Below are positions 1 through 10,219 of a DNA stretch of 64,000 nt, piece by piece. Source of the stretch: Acidobacteriota bacterium (lineage in GTDB: Bacteria > Acidobacteriota > UBA6911); NCBI GenBank assembly GCA_963664705.1, contig OY761556.1, positions 6,830,880 through 6,894,879 of the forward strand, in the 5' to 3' direction. Both the position numbers and the translations under genes were made by a program. The notes under the pieces are model-generated. The model was not told the origin of the DNA. It saw only the letters and a list, made by a program, of their open reading frames with translations, and made no database searches. How positions within the stretch are numbered: the stretch's first letter is position 1; the number at the start of each line of letters is the position of its first letter.

Positions 1-653
1 ATGAATGCAATTTTCGAATTGTCCCAAGACCAGGCCGGGAACAAGTTCATCGCGCCATTGTTGATGAACGCCCTGGGGCCATGCCCATCATAATCCATTG
101 TGTGAATTTCCTTTTGGGCGCCGTGCTGAGACGTGAATGCTATTTTGGTCGATGCAATGCCACGGGAGGCTCCTGCGGTGAGAATGAAAACCAACTCGTC
201 TGCCCAGCGGTGCGCAACAGCGCGAATGTCTCCGGATATTTCACGCTCGAATCCCAAAGCATGCCGCTTCATATCCACAAGCTGAAAATGGACCGATACA
301 GTTTCCTTATTTATCTGCTTGAGGGTTCCCGCGCTGAGATAGCTGACCTTCAAATCGCGCCACGCATCGTAGCCCACATCTCGCCAATTTCCGATGATTT
401 GTGGCGGATAAAAGCTCCTGCCCGGAAGCGCGAAATATCCTGAAAACTTGAGGTCGTCCCATAGCACCTGATTCAGCATTTCCGAGAGCGCTGCGGACTC
501 CGTCGTTGGCGGAAGGCTCACAATATCGGGCAGTGCAAGCACAATATCTTCTTGCGGAGTAGGTCGGATGAGCACACGCGACTCTTGACCGGGCACTATG
601 GATACAATGCATAGCGTTAGCAGGGAGAGGCAGGTCAGTAATCTAATCAGCAT
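1..653 (-). CDS. tolB: TolB-like periplasmic protein (partial, runs off window start)
   Basis: Manual translation from ATG 653 (absent from ORF track): signal peptide MLIRLLTCLSLLTLCIVS, TolB N-domain (VLWDDLKFSGYF...IRAVAHRWADELV...GIASTKIAF), then KEIHTMDYDG and PD40-like LFPAWSWDNSKIAF. Confidence 0.85.
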   Translation of the reverse strand, partial: MLIRLLTCLSLLTLCIVSIVPGQESRVLIRPTPQEDIVLALPDIVSLPPTTESAALSEMLNQVLWDDLKFSGYFALPGRSFYPPQIIGNWRDVGYDAWRDLKVSYLSAGTLKQINKETVSVHFQLVDMKRHALGFEREISGDIRAVAHRWADELVFILTAGASRGIASTKIAFTSQHGAQKEIHTMDYDGHGPRAFINNGAMNLFPAWSWDNSKIAF

Positions 654-755
654 GTGGTTTCTCACGAGCAGGAGCCGGATTTATTCGCGCATTATATCCT
701 CAACAGAAAACGACAGAGCTTGCTGGCGCACAAAGCAAGTTGCTGCCGGGGCCCT

Positions 756-1271
756 TCAGCGCATCAGGTCGAGGGGTTGGGGAAGCGTGGCCAGGAGTTC
801 AAGCGAGAAATCCGCGTCGATGTGGAAGAAGACCATGCGTGTAAGCCTGTCGGATCTATTCTCCCAGGCATGATTGGTTCCACGCTGAACAACCAGGTCC
901 CCCTGCTTGAGGACAACTTCGCTGTCCTCAAGAATGAGGACGATTTCGCCCTCAATGACCACGGCATAATCGAGCGTCTTGGTACGATGCATCGCCGTAC
1001 GTTTGCCGCCGTCCTTGGCAGGGTAAACATCCAGGATCCGAATAAGGTGCCCCGTGGCCGGCATGATTGTGAATGCTTTTTCGGTCGGCTCAAGGTCCGG
1101 CACAGACGTGAGCATTGGAACCGGATTGGAGTCTCCCCACATTTCAAAGAAATCGGTGCCGATCGCCGAAACTTTCATCTCATGGTTTTGCGGAGGCAGG
1201 CCATCGGATATGACAATTGACTTTCCATTTTCGTCATGACCCGTTACCACTCGTCTGGGGAAAACTTTCAT
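756..1271 (-). CDS. Cupin domain protein
   Basis: RRVVTGHDENGKS N-terminus; MHRTKTLDY...EGE...GDLVVQRGTNHAW cupin motifs; start placed at ATG 1271 after a GGAG RBS. Confidence 0.85.
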   Translation of the reverse strand: MKVFPRRVVTGHDENGKSIVISDGLPPQNHEMKVSAIGTDFFEMWGDSNPVPMLTSVPDLEPTEKAFTIMPATGHLIRILDVYPAKDGGKRTAMHRTKTLDYAVVIEGEIVLILEDSEVVLKQGDLVVQRGTNHAWENRSDRLTRMVFFHIDADFSLELLATLPQPLDLMR

Positions 1272-1374
1272 CGAAATCTCCTTTTTGATTTTGTTTCTTT
1301 GGCAGCTAATGCCTTGCCTGGGATTCCGCCAACGCATTTGTTGGGACTGAGCCTTGGATAGCGAAGGTCAAACT

Positions 1375-1956
1375 CTATTCGGGACGCGGAGAGAGGTTTC
1401 GACTTCGCATTTCCTCGGAATAGGCGCGCTTCATGCGCGCTACCCGGTCAAGCAACCCGGCGCAGAAGACTCTCGGGTCGAGAACTTTTAACGCTTCATT
1501 CGACAAAATCGCCAGTTGGGCTCGCCATTCGGATTCGTATTCCTCGTTGACAACATCCCGGTCGAGGATGGCGGCAGCGTGCGGCCCATACATTGTAGGG
1601 ACCATTACTCCCACGAGTTCCTTCCCCGATTCCTCGTCTTCCGTCGTCTTCATTTCATTGGGAATACCGAAGACTTCCAGTGCGGCCCGCGATTTTGCGA
1701 TCTTTTCCGCAGCCCCGCCTCCGGGTACGTCCACGAACGAGCAAATACAAATGCCTCCGTTCGACCAGTCCGGCTTTACATCGTAATCCGCTATGGGTCC
1801 AGCCGCGGGGGATGGCTCGTGCAATCCTCGATCGGCTACTTCGGTATCGTAGGCCCCCTGCGCTGCCCTGGTCAGCTCATCGCGATCAATAGCGAGCAGT
1901 TCATCGTCAGATAAAGAAGCGTAATGGCGCTTTAGTTCGCGGAAACTGATCTCCAT
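1375..1956 (-). CDS. Hypothetical protein
   Basis: Acidic ORF with GGAGG RBS before ATG 1956; YASLSDDELL motif echoed near the C-terminus (LAILSNEAL). Confidence 0.65.
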   Translation of the reverse strand: MEISFRELKRHYASLSDDELLAIDRDELTRAAQGAYDTEVADRGLHEPSPAAGPIADYDVKPDWSNGGICICSFVDVPGGGAAEKIAKSRAALEVFGIPNEMKTTEDEESGKELVGVMVPTMYGPHAAAILDRDVVNEEYESEWRAQLAILSNEALKVLDPRVFCAGLLDRVARMKRAYSEEMRSRNLSPRPE

Positions 1957-2203
1957 AGATCCTCCAGAAAGGCAAAACGGATTTGCGGATTCCAAACCAG
2001 TGGAATTCGCGAAATTCGTGGCGCTTTGTGATTCCAATACTCTTCTGGAGTGACAGCCTAATACAAAACGGGTGCAAAAATGCAGAAATTTGCAGGAAGC
2101 TCTCGCTTCAAAATGATAGGGGGGCGATGTTCGGAAAAGGGCCGTCATGGATCGGGGCATTTGCCCGGAGCCATGACGGTCCTTGGTTGTATTGCAGATT
2201 TCC

Positions 2204-3298
2204 CTAACTTACCTTCTCCAGGACATAGTAGTGCGGCGGCAGATGAAAATAGATGGTGTCTCCCGACTTCCATTCGAAGAAGAGATATTTTGTGCCTTTC
2301 AATTCTCTGAGTATGTATTTACAGGCCGTATGGTCTCCGCCTTTATTCAATACGACCCCTTTGGTCCACGACAGCCACCGCCTCGGAGCATCGACATTTC
2401 GCCTCCCTTCGGGGTTGTCTAAGACCATTTTCATCTTTCCGGCATCCAGGAAGGTCATTTCTTCCAGAAATAAAGGGACGCTCATTGCGCGTTTGCCGGG
2501 AATAAACTGTTCGGGACTTTTTACAAAATCCACAGATTTCCATCTGCCAATGAGATCCGGATCATTTTCGAACGGCAGGTTAATATTGTCGACTGTCCGG
2601 TTCTTCTCGAGAATGGTTACCGGCACGGCTATCAAAAGGGTCAACGCCAGGAGTGTGCAGAATGCGACGCAGTACAAACGTCGGTTCGACGATTCCGCCG
2701 TGACAGCGTCTTCCTTAGGCAACTTCGTCCTGGCATAGATTCTCAGAGTTGAACTGAAGACGATATTGTAAAGAAGCACTGCCATCAGGATAACTGCTAT
2801 CTTGGCAAATTCGTTGAAATAGCCTGCAAATAGGACAAAAAGCAGACCGCTTACGATTAAGGAAAATACCAGGGTCCAATTGGCAACCCTTTGAAATTTC
2901 CTCCTCATGGAAGGAGTTTTGCGGCACACGGCAATGCTCAGAAAAATGGAAGCAGTGAAGGCAATAATTGAGATGGATCCCATGAAAGCCATGAACATGA
3001 CCGGGCTCGAGCTCAAAATTCCAATCAATATCCCCGCGGCCAGCGCAATGGCGGCCAGAATGATCGTTTTTTCAAGAATGTTTTTCTTTATTCGATGAAT
3101 CAATTGAACGGGTACGGTGTCAATCGGGCTTTCTCCTTTTCCGGAATTCGCGAATACCAGATTATTCTTCAGTCCGGCCAGGGTTTGTCTGCAGTCCTCG
3201 CAGTTTTCAATATGTTTTGCGACCAGGTCATTGCTGGGCTCGCTCGTTAATTGCTCGATGTACATCGGGATTAAATCCTTGATAACACGGCAGTCCAT
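2204..3298 (-). CDS. zf-HC2 membrane anti-sigma factor
   Basis: C..IKDLIPMY...HIENCEDC (HxxxCxxC) followed by about five TM helices and a soluble C-terminal domain; overlaps the stop of the ECF gene. Confidence 0.85.
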   Translation of the reverse strand: MDCRVIKDLIPMYIEQLTSEPSNDLVAKHIENCEDCRQTLAGLKNNLVFANSGKGESPIDTVPVQLIHRIKKNILEKTIILAAIALAAGILIGILSSSPVMFMAFMGSISIIAFTASIFLSIAVCRKTPSMRRKFQRVANWTLVFSLIVSGLLFVLFAGYFNEFAKIAVILMAVLLYNIVFSSTLRIYARTKLPKEDAVTAESSNRRLYCVAFCTLLALTLLIAVPVTILEKNRTVDNINLPFENDPDLIGRWKSVDFVKSPEQFIPGKRAMSVPLFLEEMTFLDAGKMKMVLDNPEGRRNVDAPRRWLSWTKGVVLNKGGDHTACKYILRELKGTKYLFFEWKSGDTIYFHLPPHYYVLEKVS

Positions 3299-3801
3299 TA
3301 TGGCACCTCACTAAGATCGTCGGATAAGAAGGCCCGTAATTGCAGTTTTGCGCGATAAAAGGTGGTTCTTGCCCATCCTTCGCTTCGGCTGAACAGTTCT
3401 CCCACTTCCTTGAAACTCAACTCATTGAAAACGTGCAAATAGATAATTTCCCTGGATGGCGTGCTTAATTTGCTGAGGGCCGCTGCCAAATTCGAATTTT
3501 GCTCCGCCTCAAGAATGGCTGCTTCCAATAGCTCCGGCGACGCCACATTTTCAAGGTCATCAAGAGAGGTCATCCGTCCCTTGCGGGATTTGGATACGTG
3601 TTTGAGATAAACGTTTTTTGCAATTTGGTACAACCACGTGGAGACCTTTGAATTCCCTTTGAACCGGAAAATGGAGTCGATCGCCTGATAGAAGGTTTCC
3701 TGCAGGAGTTCTTCCGCCAACTGTCTGTCTCCGCTCAGACAGACCAGATATCGAAACAGCCGTTTGGCATATTGACGGTACAGCTCCTCGAAATCCTCCA
3801 A
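3298..3801 (-). CDS. ECF RNA polymerase sigma-70 factor
   Basis: Region 2 (AEELLQETF...FKGNSKVSTWLYQIAKN) and region 4 (LSFKEVGELF...WARTTFYRAK). Confidence 0.92.
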   Translation of the reverse strand: MEDFEELYRQYAKRLFRYLVCLSGDRQLAEELLQETFYQAIDSIFRFKGNSKVSTWLYQIAKNVYLKHVSKSRKGRMTSLDDLENVASPELLEAAILEAEQNSNLAAALSKLSTPSREIIYLHVFNELSFKEVGELFSRSEGWARTTFYRAKLQLRAFLSDDLSEVP

Positions 3802-3945
3802 ACAATCACCCCCTGTCCGTTACATGAGTACTCGGCAAGGCTATTTCGTTACAAAAAAAGTAATGCGGCGCGATCGGTATCTTTAGCCTTTGTTGACATT
3901 ACTATGGGGACGAAACTATAGTCGAATTTTTGACTGGAAGCCCTG

Positions 3946-5334
3946 ATGAAAAAATCCAAAATGTTCGGTTTGTGTCTCGCGGTACTGGTAGGTGTTGCCA
4001 TCTTGCTTTTGCCTGCTCCCTCCGGAATGTCCGACCCGGCAAAATCAATGCTGGCTGTTGCCGCCTTTACCATCATGCTCTGGTTGTTTCAGGTAATGAA
4101 CAACGCGGTGGCTTCCATCCTGATGATGGGGTTTATGGTTTTGTTGGGCGCCAAACCGCAGCTCGTATTAAGCGGATTTGCCAGCCCCTCATTCTGGATC
4201 CTTCTGTGCGTGCTTTACTATGGATGCGCCATGGACCGAACCGGTCTGGCACATCGGCTGTCTTATTATGTCTTATCACTTTTTCCCGGGACGTACACCG
4301 GAATACTCTCTGCCTTCTTTGTGATCGGCCTGGTGCTGGCATTCGGAATCCCGTCCATGACGGTACGTACCGCCATCATGGTGCCGATCGCCTGGGCACT
4401 GGTGCAATCGCTGGATATTCCGGCGCGCAGCCGGGGATCCGCCCTGATCATGCTGACTTCCATTGAAATGGCGGTCTTGCCAGGATGCGCTATTCTCTAT
4501 GGTTCGCTGTTTGGTCCTGTGGTGGATTCCGTATTCCAGGCGAAGCATCTTCCTTTGAGCTGGCTTGGATATGCAAAGGTTTTGACAGTTCCTACTCTCA
4601 TTCTTTGTGTATTTGTCCTGATCATCAACCCGCTCATAATGCGGCCTGAAAAGAGGCTTCAATCATCGCCAGCCTTTGCCAAAGAAAGGCTGAAGGCGCT
4701 TGGCTCCATCAAACGCGAAGAGCTTATCACGATGGCCATTGTTGCTGTCTCCATTGCCTATTGGGCGACGGATCGAATCCATCACATGCCCAGCTTCCTG
4801 ATAGGCATGTTTGGCCTGGCGGTATTTGCCCTGACCGGAATCATTAAGGATCCGGATATAGGTGGGGGCGTTTCCTGGACGCTGCTCATTTTTATCGGCG
4901 GCGTTTTTGGCCTGGCGAATATCATCCAGGATTACAAAATTACCGAATGGCTCTCTGCGACTTTTCTGCCGATAGCGCAAAAACTGGCGTTCAGCCCCAT
5001 CTTGCTGTTTATCGTAATGGCTTTGGCCTTTTTTCTGATGCGGTTTCTGGATCCGACCGGATTCATCGCAATTCCCGTGCTCTTTCTGCCGGTGTCGGAC
5101 ATGATGATGGCTGCAGGAATACCACCGCTTGTCCTAACCGCGCCGCTGATTCTTTCGATAGGCCCCTTCTGGCTTTCGCACCAGAATTTTTGGATAGCCA
5201 TGGGGGAGGGGATGACGTCCAATCAGGCCTTCAGCGCCGGACAGCGCGTCAGCCTCGCCAACGTGTATGGTCTTACCGTTTTGATCTCGATCGTTGTGAG
5301 TGTCGGCTATTGGAAGCTGATCGGCCTTCTGTAG
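3946..5334 (+). CDS. DASS/SLC13 family anion transporter
   Basis: Polytopic; LSGFASPSFWI, TGLAHRL, IPSMTVR...MVPI and VSWTLLIFIGG motifs. Confidence 0.85.
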   Translation: MKKSKMFGLCLAVLVGVAILLLPAPSGMSDPAKSMLAVAAFTIMLWLFQVMNNAVASILMMGFMVLLGAKPQLVLSGFASPSFWILLCVLYYGCAMDRTGLAHRLSYYVLSLFPGTYTGILSAFFVIGLVLAFGIPSMTVRTAIMVPIAWALVQSLDIPARSRGSALIMLTSIEMAVLPGCAILYGSLFGPVVDSVFQAKHLPLSWLGYAKVLTVPTLILCVFVLIINPLIMRPEKRLQSSPAFAKERLKALGSIKREELITMAIVAVSIAYWATDRIHHMPSFLIGMFGLAVFALTGIIKDPDIGGGVSWTLLIFIGGVFGLANIIQDYKITEWLSATFLPIAQKLAFSPILLFIVMALAFFLMRFLDPTGFIAIPVLFLPVSDMMMAAGIPPLVLTAPLILSIGPFWLSHQNFWIAMGEGMTSNQAFSAGQRVSLANVYGLTVLISIVVSVGYWKLIGLL

Positions 5335-5568
5335 GGAGTGCGCGGATCAAAGGTCAAGATGCACGGCGGCGCTAACGCGCATGTATTCTTCCTGAAGTTT
5401 ATCCCGCAATGAACAATTCTTGTTTGGAGCGAGCAATACTTTCGCCCCTGTCTATTTCCTAACGGGCCTCCGGCCCTTTTAAATCGAAGCCAATTTAGAC
5501 CGGCCTGACGTTCATAGCTCCAGAAGCCATTCTGCGTCGATTGACGCTTCCACAAAAAATGTGTTCAA

Positions 5569-5610
5569 TACCTAGCCGTGCTATGTAATAATACATAGCG
5601 CATCTATGTA
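5569..5610. promoter_or_regulatory. Two tandem palindromic operators, probable PadR autoregulatory sites
   Basis: TACCTAG-N5-CTATGTA (5569-5587) and TACATAG-N5-CTATGTA (5592-5610) directly upstream of the padR RBS. Confidence 0.7.
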
Positions 5611-5629
5611 ACAATTCTGGAGGCTAGTC

Positions 5630-5968
5630 ATGATCTCGAAAGAACTGGTGGCCGCTTCAGCAAAGCCCTTGATCCTCTCAATCCTGGCTGGAGGTGAGAG
5701 CTATGGATATGAGCTCATACAGCGCGTGCGACTTCTTTCGGACGGAGAGGTGAATTGGAAGGATGGGATGCTCTATCCGGTCCTTCACCGTCTGGAAAAC
5801 CAGGGATTAATCCGTTCGGAATGGCGTTGCAGCGAGTCCGAGCGCAAACGCAAATACTATTTGATTACGCAGAAGGGCAAAAAGGTTCTTAAGGCGGAAA
5901 AGGCTCAATGGGAACGCGTCAATTCCACTCTGAATAAATCCTGGGAGGTGAAATTATGCCAATCGTAG
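5630..5968 (+). CDS. PadR family transcriptional regulator
   Basis: LILSIL...SYGYELIQ...GMLYPVLHRLE...RKYYLITQKG. Confidence 0.93.
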   Translation: MISKELVAASAKPLILSILAGGESYGYELIQRVRLLSDGEVNWKDGMLYPVLHRLENQGLIRSEWRCSESERKRKYYLITQKGKKVLKAEKAQWERVNSTLNKSWEVKLCQS

Positions 5969-6678
5969 ACAAGCGCATTCAGGAATGGCGTTGGAGCTTG
6001 CAGCAGAGGGATGTATTTAAGCCTGAAGATCTGGACGAGCTGGAAAGCCACCTCAAGGATGAAATCGGTTTGCTGCAAAAGGCCGGATTAACGGAGGAGG
6101 AATCCTTTTGGGTAGCAGCCCGGAGAGTGGGGGAAGGGAAAGAGCTGGTCGAGGAATACCGGAAAATTAATCCGGGCATGATTTGGAAGCAGCGGATTTT
6201 CTGGATGCTGGGTGGATATTTTCTGATCAATCTCTTCCTTTTGCTGAATGATATTGCTCAGACCGCTTATCTATTCCTGGTCCCCTGGGGTACCGTGCAA
6301 TCGTTCTTTTGGGGGGCTGACCTGCGAATTCCCGTGATTCCCTGCATCCTGGGAATTCTGTTTTTCGGGATTGTTTATTTTTGGCTTACGAGAAGGCGTT
6401 CTCAATTCAGCCACGGGTTGCAACCTATCCATGTAAACCGCAGGTGGAAAGCAATTGGCATAGTCATGCTTGTGGCTGCCCTTTCCGCCTCGATGGTTGC
6501 CTGCTGGGTTTGGTTGACATTATTCATCCGAACGATCTCTCCCCAATTGCTTGCTCAAATCAGCGCAACCAATAGCCTTTTTGCTCTGATTTTCAAGCTG
6601 CTGATTGCCATGATTTTTGTACGCCTGGCAATAGGGTTTCTGCTACAAGGGGAAAAGGGAGAGACTGAATCGGAATAG
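5956..6678 (+). CDS. Permease-prefix-domain membrane protein (PadR partner)
   Basis: ELESHLKDEI...GLTEEESFWVAARRVG motif then four TM helices; overlaps padR. Confidence 0.8.
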   Translation: MPIVDKRIQEWRWSLQQRDVFKPEDLDELESHLKDEIGLLQKAGLTEEESFWVAARRVGEGKELVEEYRKINPGMIWKQRIFWMLGGYFLINLFLLLNDIAQTAYLFLVPWGTVQSFFWGADLRIPVIPCILGILFFGIVYFWLTRRRSQFSHGLQPIHVNRRWKAIGIVMLVAALSASMVACWVWLTLFIRTISPQLLAQISATNSLFALIFKLLIAMIFVRLAIGFLLQGEKGETESE

Positions 6679-6735
6679 GGAATAATGTTTTTGGGATGTA
6701 ATGAAAGCTTCTCCGCAGCCAAGTTGCTGAGCCCC

Positions 6736-7053
6736 ACTGGGAGCACCGGCGCTCCAGGCTAATGTTGCATATTATTTGCCCGAGGAAGCTGGAAGCGCGA
6801 TGCATCTCAGCCCCAGCGGGGCGGTCAGAAAGTAGCCGGGGGTGAAGCGCAGCGAACCCCCGGCCAGCATGAAATTTAAAGGAGCCCCGGAGGGGGCGAA
6901 AGATATTTCCGTTCATCCACATGATCTAAAGCTGAACATTGGAGAGGGGCTCACCGTTTCTGGCGCCCTGCCAGGGCTCTTTCTCGCGCTTATCTTTACC
7001 GGGGGTTCGCTGCGCTTCGCCCCCGGCTACGATCTTTCGGCCCTCCAGGCCTG
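6736..7053. repeat. REP-like hairpin cluster
   Basis: GTAGCCGGGGGTGAAGCGCAGCGAACCCCCGG and its inverted copy, plus GCCCC-N3-GGGGC mini-hairpins; about 140 bp closely similar to 31680-31815. Confidence 0.85.
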
Positions 7054-7129
7054 GACAAAACCGAAGTTTGAGTTTTGAGACAGCCTCGCCGGCTCTCCCA
7101 GTGAAGAGCTTCGTCGCTTAACTCCGGAT

Positions 7130-7813
7130 CTATTCTTTACCGGGCAGCTTTAAGGCATCGAATTTTCGTTCGATCCGATCCAGGCGATCTCGATATTCTG
7201 CGGTATCGTTGAAATAGGCTGCATTCCACCGCATCATTTGAATCGAAGAGTCCGGGACATAGTTGTCCGGCAAACAGCGTTCCAGCAGGGCTTCAGCAAG
7301 ATAGTATTCCCGCAAGGTGTCGTGGATATTCACAATTTCCTCAGCTACATTGATATTCGGAAATAATACATAGCCATCCGCATCCGCGTGAGGATGATCC
7401 GGGACGTAGCGTTTGACTGGAGGTGCATTGTCGCTCACAACGGAGGCGTTCCCATTTTTGTCAATCAGGATATCTTTTTTTCGATAGGGCGCTACACCGG
7501 CGGGCCATGAGTTCCTGGCATTGACCACATTTCCCACGATCAGTTCCATCCGCATCTTCATAATATTAAGAAACTTGATAACCAGGGGGACGGTTTCCGG
7601 CGTGCCATGCACATATATGCGCAACAATCCGTTCGAATCTGTTTCCAGTTTTGCGCCGCGGCTTCGAAGAAACTCCAAAAACAAGGTATCCTTTACCTGA
7701 CTTTCAATCATTGTGTAGTATCTGGAACGATCGCGTCCAAAAACATAATCCTGCCCTTGAAGAGCCAAAAACAGGAACATAAGCGACGTCAGCCAAAGCA
7801 TAGTTCTCTTCAT
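7130..7813 (-). CDS. FlgC-like rod-domain protein with an N-terminal signal peptide
   Basis: RMELIVGNVVNA...PYRKK and PDHPHADADGYVLFPNINVAEEIVN match FlgC; extra hydrophobic leader. Confidence 0.7.
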   Translation of the reverse strand: MKRTMLWLTSLMFLFLALQGQDYVFGRDRSRYYTMIESQVKDTLFLEFLRSRGAKLETDSNGLLRIYVHGTPETVPLVIKFLNIMKMRMELIVGNVVNARNSWPAGVAPYRKKDILIDKNGNASVVSDNAPPVKRYVPDHPHADADGYVLFPNINVAEEIVNIHDTLREYYLAEALLERCLPDNYVPDSSIQMMRWNAAYFNDTAEYRDRLDRIERKFDALKLPGKE

Positions 7814-7869
7814 AGTCCCTCAATTGGTTTTATTGGCCCCCCCTAAAAGCGTGTGCCATCTGTCCGATG

Positions 7870-7885
7870 TGCAATCGCTGTGCCA
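7870..7885 (-). promoter_or_regulatory. Sigma-54 promoter
   Basis: Minus strand TGGCAC-AGCGA-TTGCA, full -24/-12 consensus, about 57 bp upstream of ATG 7813. Confidence 0.75.
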
Positions 7886-8020
7886 GGGAGTAAGGGCAAT
7901 TGTGCGACTAGATAAATTAAGTGATTTCAACCAGATACGGACCAAAAGGGCCCGCCTTCCGCTCTTGGCCCGGATAAACAACAGTCAATGTGTTGACAGT
8001 CAGGCGGCAAGCGTTTTGAA

Positions 8021-8327
8021 GTTTTTATATTTGAACCGCGAAGACCGCGAAGATTTTTGGGCTCATTTTGCTGCTGGGCAATGAGATAGTGTGATGGATA
8101 GGAAAGAGGTTGCGAATCATATTGTCGATTCAGCGGTGGCAATCCATACAGCGAGAGAATTGCAGGAGTCCGTTTATCAGCGGCGCCTATTATATGAAGC
8201 AGCAAGGATGGAATCCAGCGTATGATCTGGCGAAAACGATAACCATAAAACCTGCAAAAATATTTTCCTTGCGGTCTTCGAGGTCTTTGCGGTTAATGGG
8301 GTTACTATTTCGGTCAAGCCAGGTAAA
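8021..8327. repeat. Dispersed MITE-like repeat (long copy)
   Basis: Homologous to 58306-58540, with AACCGCGAAGACC...GGTCTTTGCGGTT inverted arms and about 80 bp extra internally. Confidence 0.8.
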
Positions 8328-8566
8328 AGCTATTTTTTGCTTTTTCCCCAGCGCGCTATGGCTGCCTTTAGGGTTATTGCTCTCCCTCTTCTTTGCAGGA
8401 GCTTCTCGTTTCCTTTTTTCCAGCCTTTAAGATCGGTAAGCCTGCCTACCACCAGATTCCTGGAATGGTTCCCGGCTGAGGAAGTCGGCGGCTCATCCAA
8501 ATCGTCTTCGCGTCTTTCCATTTTCTTGCCGTTTGAGAGAGATGCGCCTGGCTTGGCTATCCCTAT

Positions 8567-8896
8567 CTATTGTGATGGCTCGCGTCCGAGTCCGAAAATG
8601 GTTTGCGCGGCTGCCGGCTGCTTCCTGTAAAGCAATGCAGCCAGGAACGATCCAAATGTAAAACCAATCGCCATCCTGATGAGGATCTCGCACAGCATCG
8701 ATATCGCATCGGTGCTCGATCGCCAGAAACTCGAAGTGCCGACCAGATTGACCGCGCTAATGGCCAGGCAAAGCCCCACACAAATCGAACTGATCCAGAT
8801 CTTCCTGGATCCGCGCCCGTGAGCACCGGCAACAGCCGGGATGTAACACGCGAGAAGACCAAGCACAAAGCCGAATGCTTTCATGAATCCTGCCAT
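8567..8896 (-). CDS. Small hypothetical membrane protein
   Basis: Three hydrophobic segments; GGAGG RBS. Confidence 0.55.
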   Translation of the reverse strand: MAGFMKAFGFVLGLLACYIPAVAGAHGRGSRKIWISSICVGLCLAISAVNLVGTSSFWRSSTDAISMLCEILIRMAIGFTFGSFLAALLYRKQPAAAQTIFGLGREPSQ

Positions 8897-9172
8897 GAGC
8901 CCTCCGTGAGCATGCTGGTGTGAATAAACCTTATCGTTTTAATATGGCAAATTGTTATAATATATATTGCAAAAGGTTATAGGTGTCAACTGAAATATGC
9001 TTTCTGGAGTTCATGATCGGCAGGATAGGTTTGCGGAATCCTCCGGCCTCCCAGACTCAATGGCCAAACAGCCGGTTTTCCCTTGACAGGGTAGAGCCTC
9101 CGGTTGCCTTATAATGCCAGTCCCAAAAATCTCAACCGAATGTTTTCTTATCCAATATGAAAGGGTATCGGA

Positions 9173-10219
9173 ATGAAATTCAGACAATTGAGCATTACAC
9201 TCATACTGCTTGCATCCCTTATCCTGCTGGGAGCCTGTGGTCCTCAGGCGAAACAGGAATCTGCGCCGAACGCTCCGGCAAAGCCGGCCATTACCCTGGA
9301 TCGACAGGCCCTTGTCGACATGATGGGCAAATATCTGGCTGCATTGGTGAAACATGACCCCGCGGCCGTGCCATTTGCGGAGAAGGTGAAGTTTACGGAG
9401 AACACCGCGGAGATACCTGTAGGCAAAGGGCTGTGGGTCACCACAACCAGCGGTCCCCTGGAGTTCCAGATCTATGCCGCCGATCCTGTCGCGCAACAGG
9501 TGGCCGGCCTGGTAATGATGAAGGAAGTCAACAAGGACATCCTGTTGGGCGTGCGGCTTAAATTGGTGGACGGCAAGATTACCGAAGCCGAACACCATGC
9601 AATTCGTGATCTGGGCACGAGTCCCATGGGTGCCAGTGCCCTGAAAAACCTGAAGACCGCACGGCCCGGTCTGATTGAGGATGTGCCGGCGGCGGAACGG
9701 AGCCCTCGCGATCTGCTGATCAAGAACGGGCTTGCCTATTATGATGCGCTCACCGGAGAAGACGGCAAGCTGGTACCTTTTGCGGATGAATGTGAGCGTC
9801 ACGAGAACGGCGCTTTGACCGCAGGCGGAAAACCTGAGGCCAGTTCAGCGACTGCCCCGGCCGATCCCCAATTTGCGGAAATGATGAAGGCTATGGCGGC
9901 AGCAGGCCCGGTTCCCAATACCTGTGAAGCACAAATGAGCACCGGCCAGTTTTCCTACATTACGGAAATCCGGAACCGCCGCGTGCTGATCGGCGATGAA
10001 CAGAAGGGCCTCGCCGTTGGATTTTCAATGTTCTATCACGACAGCTCTCTGAAGGAGTACAAGTACAAAGGCTCCAAAGGGGAGAAGATGCTTCCTTCCT
10101 GGCAGGGAACCTTTAACATGGCCGGCATGCACGTCTTCAAGATCAAAAACGGTAAGATGTACGATATCGAAGCAACCGGCATCGTTCTGCCCTACGGCAA
10201 CAAATCCGGGTGGGAATAG
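9173..10219 (+). CDS. Uncharacterised lipoprotein with tandem NTF2/SnoaL-like domains (paralog 1)
   Basis: Lipobox LGAC; YLAALVKHD...KFTEN...GKGLW and YYDAL...CERHENG motifs shared with the genes at 16228 and 28972; fold is inferred. Confidence 0.75.
   Translation: MKFRQLSITLILLASLILLGACGPQAKQESAPNAPAKPAITLDRQALVDMMGKYLAALVKHDPAAVPFAEKVKFTENTAEIPVGKGLWVTTTSGPLEFQIYAADPVAQQVAGLVMMKEVNKDILLGVRLKLVDGKITEAEHHAIRDLGTSPMGASALKNLKTARPGLIEDVPAAERSPRDLLIKNGLAYYDALTGEDGKLVPFADECERHENGALTAGGKPEASSATAPADPQFAEMMKAMAAAGPVPNTCEAQMSTGQFSYITEIRNRRVLIGDEQKGLAVGFSMFYHDSSLKEYKYKGSKGEKMLPSWQGTFNMAGMHVFKIKNGKMYDIEATGIVLPYGNKSGWE

Noticed and set aside
6593-7121. Short ORFs over repeat clusters (also about 8110-8521, 31554-31919, 39869-40138, 42989-43453 and 49148-49551)
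   Set aside because: They are translations of REP or MITE repeats that recur as similar peptides, such as MKRSEPP, and have no coding support.
9083-9115. Perfect TTGACA and TATAAT pair
   Set aside because: The 21-bp spacer is too long for one sigma-70 promoter, though the -10 alone may be real.
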